NCBI GenBank assembly: GCA_021778895.1
Contig: JAJYBR010000001.1
Location: 228,386 to 292,385, forward strand
Source of the DNA: Actinomycetes bacterium
Lineage (GTDB): Bacteria; Actinomycetota; Acidimicrobiia; Acidimicrobiales; RAAP-2
DNA: 64,000 nucleotides
Reading direction: 5' to 3'
Shown here one piece after another: positions 54,984 to 64,000 of the stretch; the stretch's first letter is position 1; each line of letters begins with the position of its first letter. A program made the translations under genes and the position numbers. The notes under the pieces were generated by a model. The model did not search any database and was not told the origin of the DNA. It was given only the letters and a program-made list of their open reading frames with translations.

Positions 54984-55259
54984 CTAGCCCTTGACGGCCT
55001 TCTTGAACGTCGAGCCGATCGTCACCTTGGGGGCGCGCGACGCGCTCACCTGGATCGCCTCGCCCGTCTGCGGGTTGCGCGCCGTGCGCGCCTTGCGCTG
55101 CACGCGCTCGAACGCCACGAAACCTGAGAGCACGACCTTCTCTCCCTGTGCGACGTTGCGCACGACGACGTCCTCGAAGGCCCGGAGGACCTCGGCCACC
55201 GTGCTCTTGGTGGCACCACTATCGGCGGCCACAGCCTCTACCAACTCGGCCTTGTTCAC
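54984..55259 (-). CDS. hup: HU-family DNA-binding protein (short, 91 aa)
   Basis: MNKAELVEAVAADSG...GFVAFERVQRKARTARNPQTGEAIQVSASRAPKV. Starts at GTG after GAAGGAG. Confidence 0.93.
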   Translation of the reverse strand: MNKAELVEAVAADSGATKSTVAEVLRAFEDVVVRNVAQGEKVVLSGFVAFERVQRKARTARNPQTGEAIQVSASRAPKVTIGSTFKKAVKG

Positions 55260-55435
55260 CGGTCGACTCCTTCTTCCATCTCTTCAGTCGGCCTGGGGAT
55301 TCCCAGTCGCCGTCCCTTATCTTTATCGATCGAGAGCCGAAATCCTGGGATATTGCCTAAGTTTTCGCTCACAACGCGCCCCCGCGCAGGGCATTCCACC
55401 CCGGCGAGATCCGGCGACACGCCTAGCATGAAGCC

Positions 55436-56827
55436 ATGGGGGACAAGGTGCGTCGACCGCGACTGACGGAGCTGCTCGACCAGGAACTTCGGCGCTACCA
55501 GGATGAACACCCGAACTCGGCACGATTGCACGCGGACGCCGACCACCTCTTCGGGCGCGTACCGATGACGTGGATGGGCAAGTGGGCCGGCGGGTTCCCT
55601 CTGGGGTTCCGCGCGGCGCGCGGAGCCGTCGTGGAGGACCTCGACGGCCACGAGCTGGTGGACTTCGCCCTGGGGGACACCGGCGCCATGGCCGGGCACT
55701 CTCCCCAGCCCCTCGTCGACGCCGTGGCGCGCCGGCTGCGCGACGGGGGTGTGACCACGATGCTGCCCACGGCCGACGCCGAGTGGGTCGCCGCCGAATT
55801 GGCGCGGCGCTTCGGCCTGCCCCAGTGGAGTTTCACGCTGTCGGCCACGGATGCGAACCGGTGGGTCCTGCGCCTGGCCCGGATGGTTACCGGGCGGCCC
55901 AAGATCCTGGTGTTCTCGTACTGCTACCACGGGACCGTCGACGAGACGTTCGTCATCGTCGACCCGGCCACGGGGCGCGCGGTGTCCCGGCCGGGAAACG
56001 CCGGGCCCAGCGTGGACCCCTCCGAGACGACGCGGGTCGTGGAGTTCAACGACCTCGCGGGCCTCGAGCGCGAGCTGGCCGCCGGTGACGTCGCCGCGGT
56101 GCTCACCGAGCCCGCCCTGACGAACATCGGCATTGTGCTGCCCGATCCCGGGTTCCTGACCGGCGTGCGCCAGCTGTGCGACGACACGGGCACCCTGCTG
56201 GTCATCGACGAGACCCACACGTTCTCGGCGGGACCGGGTGGTGCCACGCACCGCTGGGGGCTGCGCCCCGATGCCGTGACCGTCGGCAAGTCGCTCGGCG
56301 GCGGTGTGCCGAGCGGGGCCTACGGGCTGAGCGACAACTTCGCCCGGCGCACCCTGGCGGCGGTGGCCGACGGCTACGACATCGTCGACGTCGGCGGCGT
56401 CGGCGGGACCTTGGCCGGCAATGCCCTGAGCCTGGCGGCCATGCGCGCGGTGCTGGGCGAGGTCCTGACCGACGAGGCGTTCGAGCACATGGAGACCCTG
56501 GCCACGCGCTTCGCCCACGATGTGGAGTCGACGGTCGCCGCCGCCGGCCTGAACTGGTCGGTCAGCCAGCTCGGCGCGCGCTGCGAGTACCGCTTCGCCG
56601 CCCCGGCACCCCGCAGTGGCGGTGCGTCGGCGGCCAGCGCCGATCCCGCGCTCGAGGACTTCTTACACCTCTACGCCGTCAACCGGGGCCTGCTGATCAC
56701 GCCGTTCCACAACATGGCGCTGATGTGTCCCGCGACCACGGCCGCCCAGGTCGACCGTCACCGGCAGGTGTTCGGCGAGGCGGTGGACCTGCTCGTCACC
56801 TCGGGGGCGCTCGAGGGCAGCCCGTAG
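55436..56827 (+). CDS. Class III PLP-dependent aminotransferase (glutamate-1-semialdehyde aminomutase-like paralogue)
   Basis: GHELVDFALGDTGAMAGHS, SATDANRWVLRLAR, YHGTVDE, LVIDETHTF, VTVGKSLGGGVP (PLP lysine). 463 aa. Confidence 0.8.
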   Translation: MGDKVRRPRLTELLDQELRRYQDEHPNSARLHADADHLFGRVPMTWMGKWAGGFPLGFRAARGAVVEDLDGHELVDFALGDTGAMAGHSPQPLVDAVARRLRDGGVTTMLPTADAEWVAAELARRFGLPQWSFTLSATDANRWVLRLARMVTGRPKILVFSYCYHGTVDETFVIVDPATGRAVSRPGNAGPSVDPSETTRVVEFNDLAGLERELAAGDVAAVLTEPALTNIGIVLPDPGFLTGVRQLCDDTGTLLVIDETHTFSAGPGGATHRWGLRPDAVTVGKSLGGGVPSGAYGLSDNFARRTLAAVADGYDIVDVGGVGGTLAGNALSLAAMRAVLGEVLTDEAFEHMETLATRFAHDVESTVAAAGLNWSVSQLGARCEYRFAAPAPRSGGASAASADPALEDFLHLYAVNRGLLITPFHNMALMCPATTAAQVDRHRQVFGEAVDLLVTSGALEGSP

Positions 56828-56836
56828 GATTGGGCG

Positions 56837-58195
56837 GTGTCCAGCTTCGTCGACGCCGCCCAGCTGCACGCGCGGGCTGGGGACGGCGGGGCGGGGTGCG
56901 TGAGCTTTCGCCGCGAGGCCCACGTGGCGCGCGGGGGACCGGACGGGGGCGACGGGGGCCACGGCGGAGACGTGTGGCTGGTGGCCGATGTCAACCAGTC
57001 CTCCCTGCTGGCCTTTCGTGACCACCCCTTCCGCCGGGCCGGCGACGGCCGTCACGGCTCGAGCAAGCGCCAGCACGGTGCCGCCGGCGGCGACGTCGAG
57101 GTGGCCGTGCCGGTGGGCACGGTCGTCCACGATGCCACGGGCGAGGTGCTGGTCGATCTCGACGTCGCGGGATCCCGGTGGCGGGCGGCGGCCGGCGGCC
57201 AAGGCGGCTGGGGCAACGCCCGCTTCCTCTCCAACCGGCGTCGCGCCCCGGACTTCGCCGAGCAGGGCGAGCGGGGCGAGGAGCGCTGGTACGACCTGGA
57301 GCTGAAGCTCCGCGCCGACGTCGCGATCGTCGGTTTTCCCAACGTGGGCAAGTCCACCCTGATCGCCGCAGTGTCGGCCGCCCGCCCCAAGATCGCCGAC
57401 TACCCGTTCACCACCTTGGTCCCCAACCTGGGTGTCGTGCGCGTGGGCGACCGGGCCAGTCATCGCGCGGACGCGACGGAGTTCGTCATGGCGGACATCC
57501 CGGGCCTCGTCGAGGGTGCCGCCAGTGGGCGCGGGCTGGGCCGAGAGTTCCTGCGCCACGTCGAGCATGCGCGGGTCCTGTGCCTCCTGCTCGACCTCTC
57601 CGAGAGCGCGCCGCTGTCGGCCCCCGCCCAGTACCAGGTGCTGTTGCGCGAGCTGACCGACTACCTGCCCGAGCTGACCGAGCGGCCGCGCATCGTCGTG
57701 GGGTCCAAGGGCGACCTCGCCGCGGGTCCCGAGCCGACCGTCGAGCTCACGGTCGCGGCGGTGACCCGCCAGGGGATCGACCGGCTTCTGGCTCGCCTGG
57801 CCGAGATGGTGACGACGGCGCGCCGCGAGGCGGCCGCCGCGTCGCCCGCCCCCGTCTTGCACCGGCCGGCCGCCGAATCGGCCGTGAGCGTCCGGCGCGA
57901 GGCGGCCGGCTGGGTCCTGGAGGGGCGGGCCGCCGAGCGGGCGGTGCGCTTCAACGACCTGACCGGCAGCGGAGCCCTGGAGGAGTCGGTGCGCCGCCTG
58001 CGCGCCCTCGGGGTCGATCGCCTGCTGTCACGGGCCGGGGCCCGCGACGGCGACGTGGTGCGCGTGGGCCCGGTCAGCTTCGAGTGGTTCCGTGATGCCG
58101 CCGGCACGGGGATCGACGTGGAGGAGCCGCACCGCGCGACCCAACGGGAGCGCCGCGCGCGCCGCGAGCGGAGGGAGGACGATGACGACGCGTAG
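56837..58195 (+). CDS. obg: GTPase Obg/CgtA
   Basis: FVDAAQLHARAGDGGAGCVSFRREAHVARGGPDGGDGGHGGDVWL (Obg fold), GFPNVGKSTLI (G1), DIPGLVEGA (G3), and a C-terminal OCT-like domain. Confidence 0.95.
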   Translation: MSSFVDAAQLHARAGDGGAGCVSFRREAHVARGGPDGGDGGHGGDVWLVADVNQSSLLAFRDHPFRRAGDGRHGSSKRQHGAAGGDVEVAVPVGTVVHDATGEVLVDLDVAGSRWRAAAGGQGGWGNARFLSNRRRAPDFAEQGERGEERWYDLELKLRADVAIVGFPNVGKSTLIAAVSAARPKIADYPFTTLVPNLGVVRVGDRASHRADATEFVMADIPGLVEGAASGRGLGREFLRHVEHARVLCLLLDLSESAPLSAPAQYQVLLRELTDYLPELTERPRIVVGSKGDLAAGPEPTVELTVAAVTRQGIDRLLARLAEMVTTARREAAAASPAPVLHRPAAESAVSVRREAAGWVLEGRAAERAVRFNDLTGSGALEESVRRLRALGVDRLLSRAGARDGDVVRVGPVSFEWFRDAAGTGIDVEEPHRATQRERRARRERREDDDDA

Positions 58196-59252
58196 CGTGG
58201 TGGTCAAAGTGGGGACCACGTCGGTCACGAACGCTGACGGCGGGGTCGACGTCGGCGTCCTGGCCGCCATCGCCCGCGACGTCACCGCGCTGCGCTCGGA
58301 GGGCTGGCAGGTCGCCGTCGTGACCTCGGGCGCGATCACCGCGGGTTGGGCCGAGGTCGGTGCCGGACGGCGCCGACCGACCGACGCGGTCACCCTCCAG
58401 GCGGTGTCGGCGGTGGGCCAGCCCCTGCTGATGCACGCGTGGCGGGACGCCTTCGGGGCACTCGGCGTGCCCGTGGGACAGGTCCTCTTGGCACCGCTGG
58501 ACTTCGCGCACCGGGGCCAGTACCTGCAGGCGCGCGGAACCCTGGAGTCCCTCGCCCGGCTCGGCGTGGTCGCGGTGGTGAACGAGAACGACGCGGTCGC
58601 CGACGAGGAGATCCGCTTCGGCGACAACGATCGCCTGGCCGCGCTGGTGGCCAACCTGGTGGGTGCCTCGCACCTCGTTCTGCTGACCGACACCGACGGC
58701 CTGCTGACGGCCGATCCGCGCCTCGATCCTGCGGCGACCCTGATCGACGAGGTCGCTGCCATCGACGCGGACCTGATGGAGATGGCGGGTGCCAGCCGCT
58801 CGGGCGTGGGCAGCGGGGGCATGGCCTCCAAGCTGGCCGCAGCCCGCCTGGCGACCTGGTCCGGAGTCACCGTCATCATCGGAGCCGCGCGCGCGTCCGA
58901 GCCGCTGCGGCGGGCTCTGGGCTCGCGCGGCGCGGGAACGAGGTTCCGGCCCCGTCCGGACCGCCTGGCCGCACGCAAGGCCTGGATCGCCTTCGCCGCC
59001 CCGAGTCGGGGGTCGGTCACGGTCAACGACGGCGCCGTCGAGGCGCTGGTGCACGGGGGCCGCAGCCTCCTGCGCGTCGGCGTCGTCGCGCGGTCGGGCG
59101 ACTTCGCCCAGGGCGACGCCATCGACGTGCTGGATCCGGCCGGTGCGCGCGTCGCCAAGGGCCTCGCACGCATGGACGCCGCGGCCCTCGACGGCGAGGA
59201 GGGCGACATGGTCATCCACCGCGACGACCTGGTGGTGCTGCGCGCTAGGTGA
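58182..59252 (+). CDS. proB: Glutamate 5-kinase
   Basis: ATG 58182 within ORF 58092..59252, overlapping the obg 3' end by 14 nt. VVVKVGTTSVT, VVTSGAITAG, NENDAVADEEIRFGDNDRLAALVA, GSGGMASKL, and a C-terminal PUA domain. Confidence 0.93.
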   Translation: MTTRSVVVKVGTTSVTNADGGVDVGVLAAIARDVTALRSEGWQVAVVTSGAITAGWAEVGAGRRRPTDAVTLQAVSAVGQPLLMHAWRDAFGALGVPVGQVLLAPLDFAHRGQYLQARGTLESLARLGVVAVVNENDAVADEEIRFGDNDRLAALVANLVGASHLVLLTDTDGLLTADPRLDPAATLIDEVAAIDADLMEMAGASRSGVGSGGMASKLAAARLATWSGVTVIIGAARASEPLRRALGSRGAGTRFRPRPDRLAARKAWIAFAAPSRGSVTVNDGAVEALVHGGRSLLRVGVVARSGDFAQGDAIDVLDPAGARVAKGLARMDAAALDGEEGDMVIHRDDLVVLRAR

Positions 59253-59298
59253 CTCGTCGCCGCCTCGAGCCTCGGGGGCGCTCCGTTACGCTACGGGC

Positions 59299-60534
59299 AT
59301 GTCCATTGGAGAACTTGCCGCCCAGGGGCAGGCGGTCCGAGCCGCCGCTCGCGAGCTGGCCCAGGCTCCCGACGTCCAGCGTTCGGGCGTCCTGCGCCGG
59401 GTGGCCGACGCCCTCGACGCGCAGGCCGAGCGCCTCTTGGAGATCAACGCCGTCGATGTCGCCGCCTACGGCGACGCCGGACCGGGCCGCGACCGCCTGG
59501 TGCTGACGCCCGGCCGGATCGCCGGGATGTCCGCCGCACTGCGCGAGGTCGCGGACTCTCCCGATCCGCTCTTCGAGGTCGTCGATCGTGCGACACGGCC
59601 CAACGGCCTGCGGGTCGAGCGCGTCCGGGTGCCGCTCGGCGTGATCGGCGTCGTCTACGAGAACCGGCCCAACGTGACCAGCGACGTCGCCGGCCTGTGC
59701 GTGCGCAGCGGGAACGCCGCGTTCCTGCGCGGATCGGCGTCGGCCCTCGGCTCGAACCGCTTCCTGGTCGACCTGTGGCGCGACGCCCTGGTCGCCGAGG
59801 GGCTGCCCGCCGACGCCGTGGCCCTGGTGACCGACCCGTCGCACGAGGCGGCCGTGTCCTTCATGCAGCTGAGCGACGTGCTGGACTGCCTCATCCCGCG
59901 CGGCGGCCCGAGCCTCATCGCCGCCATGCGCGAGCACGCACGCGTGCCCTACGTCCTCGACGGTGACGGCAACTGCCACATCTTCTTGGACGCCTCGGCA
60001 CCCGTGGACGAGGCGGTGCGCATCGTCGACAACGCCAAGACCTCGCGCCCGGGGGTGTGCAACGCGGTCGAGACCGTCCTGGTGCACCGCGACCTGGCCC
60101 CCCGCGTCCTCGGGCCGCTGGCAGCCGCGATGCCCTCGGTGGAGCTGCGCGTCGACGAGATCGCCGCGCAGTGGCTGCCCGACGCACGTCGCGCGACCGA
60201 GCAGGACTTCGCCACCGAGTTCTTGGATCTGATCCTCGCCGTGCGGGTTGTGGACAGCCTCGACGAGGCCATCGCCCACGTCGCGCGCTACGGCACGGGC
60301 CACTCCGAGGCGATCGTGACCCGTGACAGCGCCCACGCCGACGAGTGGGTGCGCCGCGTCGACGCGGCCGCGGTGCTGGTCAACACCTCGACGCGCTTCG
60401 TCGACGGGGGCGAGCTGGGACTGGGCGGCGAGGTGGGGATCTCGACCCAGAAGCTCCACGCGCGCGGTCCGATGGGCTTGCGCGAGCTGACCTGCCTCAA
60501 GTGGGTCGTGCGCGGCGACGGGCAGATCCGATGA
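59299..60534 (+). CDS. proA: Glutamate-5-semialdehyde dehydrogenase (gamma-glutamyl phosphate reductase)
   Basis: ATG 59299 within ORF 58789..60534. VPLGVIGVVYENRPNVT, LRGS, LIPRGG, GNCHIFLD, CNAVETVLVH, HSEAIVT, NTSTRFVDGGE. Confidence 0.93.
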   Translation: MSIGELAAQGQAVRAAARELAQAPDVQRSGVLRRVADALDAQAERLLEINAVDVAAYGDAGPGRDRLVLTPGRIAGMSAALREVADSPDPLFEVVDRATRPNGLRVERVRVPLGVIGVVYENRPNVTSDVAGLCVRSGNAAFLRGSASALGSNRFLVDLWRDALVAEGLPADAVALVTDPSHEAAVSFMQLSDVLDCLIPRGGPSLIAAMREHARVPYVLDGDGNCHIFLDASAPVDEAVRIVDNAKTSRPGVCNAVETVLVHRDLAPRVLGPLAAAMPSVELRVDEIAAQWLPDARRATEQDFATEFLDLILAVRVVDSLDEAIAHVARYGTGHSEAIVTRDSAHADEWVRRVDAAAVLVNTSTRFVDGGELGLGGEVGISTQKLHARGPMGLRELTCLKWVVRGDGQIR

Positions 60535-61478
60535 GCTCGCTCGACCCCCGCGAGGAGCTGGCTCACCGGCTGGGCTTGGCCAGCGTTCCCGCGGTGAACT
60601 TCACCAGTCCGGCCGAGGTGCGCGAGCGCTTGGCGGTCCAGGACTACCTGAGCGACGACACCATCGCCTCCACGACGTTCCTGGCGGACCGCCTGGCCAA
60701 GCCGGTGCTCGTCGAGGGACCTGCCGGGACCGGCAAGACGTCCCTGGCGCGCGCGGTGGCCGACGCGACCGGGGCGCGCCTGGTGCGCCTGCAGTGCTAC
60801 GAGGGCCTCGATGAGTCCAAGGCGCTCTACGAGTGGAACTACCGCAAGCAGCTGCTGCGGATCCAGGCCGGCCGGGGAGATGGCGACGGCCCCGAGGAGT
60901 GGGAGCGCCTCGAGGGCGACATCTTCTCGGGGGACTTCCTGCTGACGCGCCCGCTGCTCGAGGCGATCACGGCCGACGAGCCGATCGTCCTGCTCATCGA
61001 CGAGGTCGACCGGGTCGAGCTCGAGACCGAGGCCCTGCTGCTGGAGATCCTCTCGGAGTACCAGGTCTCCATCCCCGAGCTCGGCACCGTGCGCGCCCGC
61101 CAGATCCCTCTGGTGTTCCTGACCTCGAACAGCACGCGGGAGCTGTCCGAGGCCCTCAAGCGGCGCTGCCTCTACCTCTACATCGGCTATCCGGACGTCG
61201 CGCGCGAGCGCGCCATCATCGAGGCCCGCGTGCCGGGCGTGCGCACGGCGCTGGCCCAGCAGATCGCCGAGGTGGTGCGCTCCTTGCGCCAGCTCGATCT
61301 CAAGAAGGCGCCCTCGGTCTCCGAGACCCTCGACTGGGCCCGCACGCTGGTGGTCCTGGGACGTGAGGAGATCGGCGTCGAGGACGCCGTCGAGACGCTG
61401 TCGGTCCTGCTCAAGTACCAAAGCGACATCGAGCGCGCCACCACGGCCCTGCGCGAACGGCCGCCCAGCAGTGCTTGA
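60531..61478 (+). CDS. MoxR-type AAA+ ATPase (CoxD-like)
   Basis: ATG 60531 overlaps the proA stop (ATGA). Walker A is VEGPAGTGKTSLA and Walker B is VLLIDEVDR. It also has FLTSNSTRELSEALKRRC. 315 aa. Confidence 0.85.
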   Translation: MSSLDPREELAHRLGLASVPAVNFTSPAEVRERLAVQDYLSDDTIASTTFLADRLAKPVLVEGPAGTGKTSLARAVADATGARLVRLQCYEGLDESKALYEWNYRKQLLRIQAGRGDGDGPEEWERLEGDIFSGDFLLTRPLLEAITADEPIVLLIDEVDRVELETEALLLEILSEYQVSIPELGTVRARQIPLVFLTSNSTRELSEALKRRCLYLYIGYPDVARERAIIEARVPGVRTALAQQIAEVVRSLRQLDLKKAPSVSETLDWARTLVVLGREEIGVEDAVETLSVLLKYQSDIERATTALRERPPSSA

Positions 61479-62868
61479 CCTGCTGGCCGGCTTCATCGGC
61501 GAGCTGCGCGCCACCGGGCTCCCGGTCTCGCTCAGCGAGCACATGGACGCGGCGCGGGCCCTCGAGCTGATCGACCTGGGCGATCGCGACGAGGTGCGCT
61601 CCACCCTGGCGGCGACGCTGGTCAAGCGGTCCGACCACCTGGCCGCCTTCTATCAGGCCTTCGACGTCTTCTTCGCCGTGCGACCGGGGGCTCCGGCCCC
61701 AGATGGCCCGTCGGCCGAGTCCGCGCTCGGCGCAGCCGGCGAGAGCGGCGCCGGCGGGGGAGGCGGCGAGGGGCTCTCGGCCGAAGAGCTGCAGGACCTG
61801 CTGTATCGCGCCCTGCGCGACCAGAATCGGGCCCAGCTGCGCGCCGGCGCCCGGGCCGCCGTGGGGCGCTACGCGGGCATGGAGCCGGGCCGTCCGGTGG
61901 GGGGGACGTACTACCTGTACCGCACCCTGCGCTACCTCGAACTCGAGGAGCTCGAGCGCCGGCTGGTCGAGGGCCAGCCGGGCCGCGGCGAGCTGGCCTG
62001 GCGCTTGGCGCGCGACGAGGCGCAGGGCCGGATCGAGATGCTCAAGCAGGAGGTCGAGCGGGCCATCCGCGAGCGGCTGGTCGAGGACCGCGGTGCCGAG
62101 GCGCTGGCCCGGTCCCTGCGCCGGCCGCTGCCCGAGGACGTGGACGTGATGCACGCCAACCGCGACGAGTTGGCCGCCCTGGAGCGCGCCCTGCGGCCGC
62201 TCAGCCGCAAGCTGGCCACGCGCCTGGCCCGCCGGCGCCGCCGCTGCCGCCGCGGCCCGGTAGACCTGCGCACGACGGTGCGCCAGAGCCTGTCGACCGG
62301 AGGCGTCCCCCTGGAGCTGCGCTACCGACCGCCCCGTCCCGCCAAGCCCGAGATCTTCGTCGTGGCCGACGTGTCGGGCTCGGTCGCCTCGTTCGCGCGC
62401 TTCACGCTGCACCTGGTCCACGCCATCAGCTCGCAGTTCTCGCGGGTGCGCAGCTTCGTGTTCGTGGACGGCCTCGACGAGGTGACCAGCTACTTCGAGG
62501 GCGTGGATGATCCCGCGGACGCTGTGCGGCGCATCAACGCCGAGGCCGACGTGGTCGCCTTCGACGGTCACTCCGACTACGGCCACGCCCTCACGGTCTT
62601 CCGCGACCGCTACCTGGACCAGGTGACGCGGCGCACGACGGTGCTGATCCTCGGCGACGCCCGCAATAACTACCACCTGGCGCGCGCCGAGGTCCTGGCC
62701 GACGTGCGGGCGCGAGCGCGGCACGTCTACTGGCTCAACCCCGAGCCCGCCGGGTACTGGAACAGCGGCGACTCGATCATCGGCGAGTACGCCGGCCACT
62801 GCGATGCGGTCGTCGAGTGCCGGACGCTGCGCCAGCTCGAGCGGTTCGTGGGGGACCTGGGCACGTGA
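61471..62868 (+). CDS. VWA-domain protein (CoxE-like)
   Basis: GTG 61471 overlaps the MoxR 3' end by 8 nt. The MIDAS motif is VVADVSGSVASF, and the C-terminal half has VLILGDARNNY. The N-terminal helical domain and a Gly/Ala linker resemble CoxE-family proteins. Confidence 0.8.
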   Translation: MLDLLAGFIGELRATGLPVSLSEHMDAARALELIDLGDRDEVRSTLAATLVKRSDHLAAFYQAFDVFFAVRPGAPAPDGPSAESALGAAGESGAGGGGGEGLSAEELQDLLYRALRDQNRAQLRAGARAAVGRYAGMEPGRPVGGTYYLYRTLRYLELEELERRLVEGQPGRGELAWRLARDEAQGRIEMLKQEVERAIRERLVEDRGAEALARSLRRPLPEDVDVMHANRDELAALERALRPLSRKLATRLARRRRRCRRGPVDLRTTVRQSLSTGGVPLELRYRPPRPAKPEIFVVADVSGSVASFARFTLHLVHAISSQFSRVRSFVFVDGLDEVTSYFEGVDDPADAVRRINAEADVVAFDGHSDYGHALTVFRDRYLDQVTRRTTVLILGDARNNYHLARAEVLADVRARARHVYWLNPEPAGYWNSGDSIIGEYAGHCDAVVECRTLRQLERFVGDLGT

Positions 62869-63530
62869 GCGTCCCGGAGCGCTTTCGCACGCTGGGCGGC
62901 GAGCCTTCGGGAGCCCGCCTGCTCCTGGTGCGCCACGGGGAGGCGGTGTGCAACGTCAGCGGCGTGGTGGGCGGCGCCCGCGGCTGCACCGGCCTGAGCG
63001 ATCGCGGCCGCACCCAGGCCCAGGCCCTCGGGGAGCGTCTGCGGGTGTCGGGGGAGCTCGGCGACGTCGCGGCGACCTACGTCTCGCCGCTGCCCCGCGC
63101 GCGCGAGACCGCCCACCTGGTGGGGACCGCGGTGCCGGGGCTGCCCGTGGCGCAAGTCGCCCCCGACCTCGAGGAGCTGCGCCCCGGGGTCGCCGACGGG
63201 CTGACCTGGGCGCAGCTCGTGGCGCGCTTCGGCGGGCCCGACTGGGACGAGGACCCGGGAATGCCCCTGGCACCGGGCGGGGAGTCGTGGCTCGAGTTCT
63301 CGCAGCGGTGCCGGGAGACCCTGGAGGAGTTGGCCCGCACGCACCGCGGCGAGCGCGTGGTGCTGTTCACCCACGCCGGCGTGATCGAGCACGCGCTGCG
63401 CCTGGTGTTCCCGGCACCCGCCGGGACGCGTCTCGGCCTGCGCACGGTCCACTGCTCGATGACCGAGGTGGAGGTCGACGGTGGGCGCCGCCGTCTGTTG
63501 CGCTACAACGACGTCGCGCCGGTGCCGTAG
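62865..63530 (+). CDS. Histidine phosphatase superfamily protein (phosphoglycerate-mutase-like)
   Basis: GTG 62865 overlaps the VWA stop (GTGA). LLLVRHGEAVCN (RHG motif), SPLPRARETA, VLFTHAGVI. 221 aa. Confidence 0.8.
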   Translation: MSVPERFRTLGGEPSGARLLLVRHGEAVCNVSGVVGGARGCTGLSDRGRTQAQALGERLRVSGELGDVAATYVSPLPRARETAHLVGTAVPGLPVAQVAPDLEELRPGVADGLTWAQLVARFGGPDWDEDPGMPLAPGGESWLEFSQRCRETLEELARTHRGERVVLFTHAGVIEHALRLVFPAPAGTRLGLRTVHCSMTEVEVDGGRRRLLRYNDVAPVP

Positions 63531-64000
63531 CTCTGCAGGAATTCGGCCACGTGGAAGGCGAGGTCGAGGCTCTGGGTGGCGTTCAGGCGCGGGTCGCAGA
63601 TCGTCGTGTAGTTGAGCTCGAGGTCCTCCTCGTTCAGGCGTGCGCCGCCGCCCAGGCACTCGGTGACGTCGCCGCCGGTGAGCTCGATGTGGAGTCCACC
63701 GGGCCAGGTGCCCAGCGACTCGTGGACGGCGAAGAAGCGCGCCGTCTCGGCCAGGACGTCGTCGAAGTGGCGGGTCTTCTGGCCGCCGCCGACGCGGAAC
63801 GTGTTGCCGTGCATCGGGTCGCAGGCCCACACGACGTGGCGGCCGTCGTCGCGCAGTGCCGTGACGAGGGGTGGGAGCAGGTCGCTGATCCGCGAGACGC
63901 CCATGCGGCTGATCAGGGTGAGGCGGCCCGGGGCGTTGTCGGGGTTGAGCACGTCGGCCAGGCGGCGCAGCTCGTCGGCAGTGGTCGTCGGGCCGACCTT
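63503..64000 (-). CDS. Class II 3-deoxy-7-phosphoheptulonate (DAHP) synthase, C-terminal part (gene continues past the right window edge)
   Basis: RLTLISRMG, VVWACDPMHGNT, GGLHIELTGGDVTECLGG and ICDPRLN are typical of class II DAHPS. The frame stays open to position 64000. Overlaps the convergent phosphatase gene by 28 nt. Confidence 0.85.
   Translation of the reverse strand, partial: KVGPTTTADELRRLADVLNPDNAPGRLTLISRMGVSRISDLLPPLVTALRDDGRHVVWACDPMHGNTFRVGGGQKTRHFDDVLAETARFFAVHESLGTWPGGLHIELTGGDVTECLGGGARLNEEDLELNYTTICDPRLNATQSLDLAFHVAEFLQSYGTGATSL

Overview
This 64-kb window comes from a very GC-rich chromosome (about 70% G+C by eye). Gene content points to Actinomycetota: F420/LLM-type oxidoreductases, a mycothiol-type DinB/TIGR03083 protein, a class II DAHP synthase, a class II NrdJ with NrdR boxes, and actinobacterial backbone synteny. 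The presence of mreBCD, a short 91-aa HU and a single clpP suggests a non-mycolate lineage such as Acidimicrobiia; this is inference only.

I call about 66 protein genes, 5 tRNAs (Gly-TCC, Lys-CTT, His-GTG, Arg-TCT, Pro-TGG), two strong bidirectional terminator hairpins, and one promoter with a tandem NrdR operator. I found no rRNA, CRISPR array, IS element, transposase, integrase or prophage signature.

- **Right half (42.8-63.5 kb):** the conserved backbone tig-clpP-clpX-folC-ndk-mreB-mreC-mreD-pbp2-rne-rplU-rpmA-(hup, class III aminotransferase)-obg-proB-proA-moxR-VWA-histidine phosphatase.
- **Left half:** mixed metabolism and envelope genes. These include cysK-cysE, a GT4 PimB-like glycosyltransferase, glpK, nrdJ, a GH15 hydrolase with a glucose dehydrogenase, a 2-oxoacid dehydrogenase E1a/E1b/E2 set, acyl-CoA ligases, SurE, ArfB and ClpS. 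Several secreted or Cys-rich proteins of unknown function sit among them.

I do not see a clear-cut novel multi-gene system such as a defence island, biosynthetic cluster or mobile element. The best candidates for a second look are:

1. A secreted protein made of eight C-x5-C repeats plus an Ig-like domain (1865-3496).
2. The translationally coupled proA-MoxR-VWA-phosphatase chain (60.5-63.5 kb).
3. Two secreted proteins, one BNR-like and one a DUF4232/neocarzinostatin-like fusion (18.1-20.0 kb).
4. A PH-domain, zinc-ribbon, CxxC and Cys-rich small-gene run (5.65-7.07 kb).
5. A permease fused to two YHS/TRASH metal-binding domains (29.4-30.8 kb).
6. tRNA and protein genes alternating on one strand with gaps as small as 9 nt (38.2-40.8 kb).

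All functional calls rest on motif and family recognition from the translations. No database search was possible.
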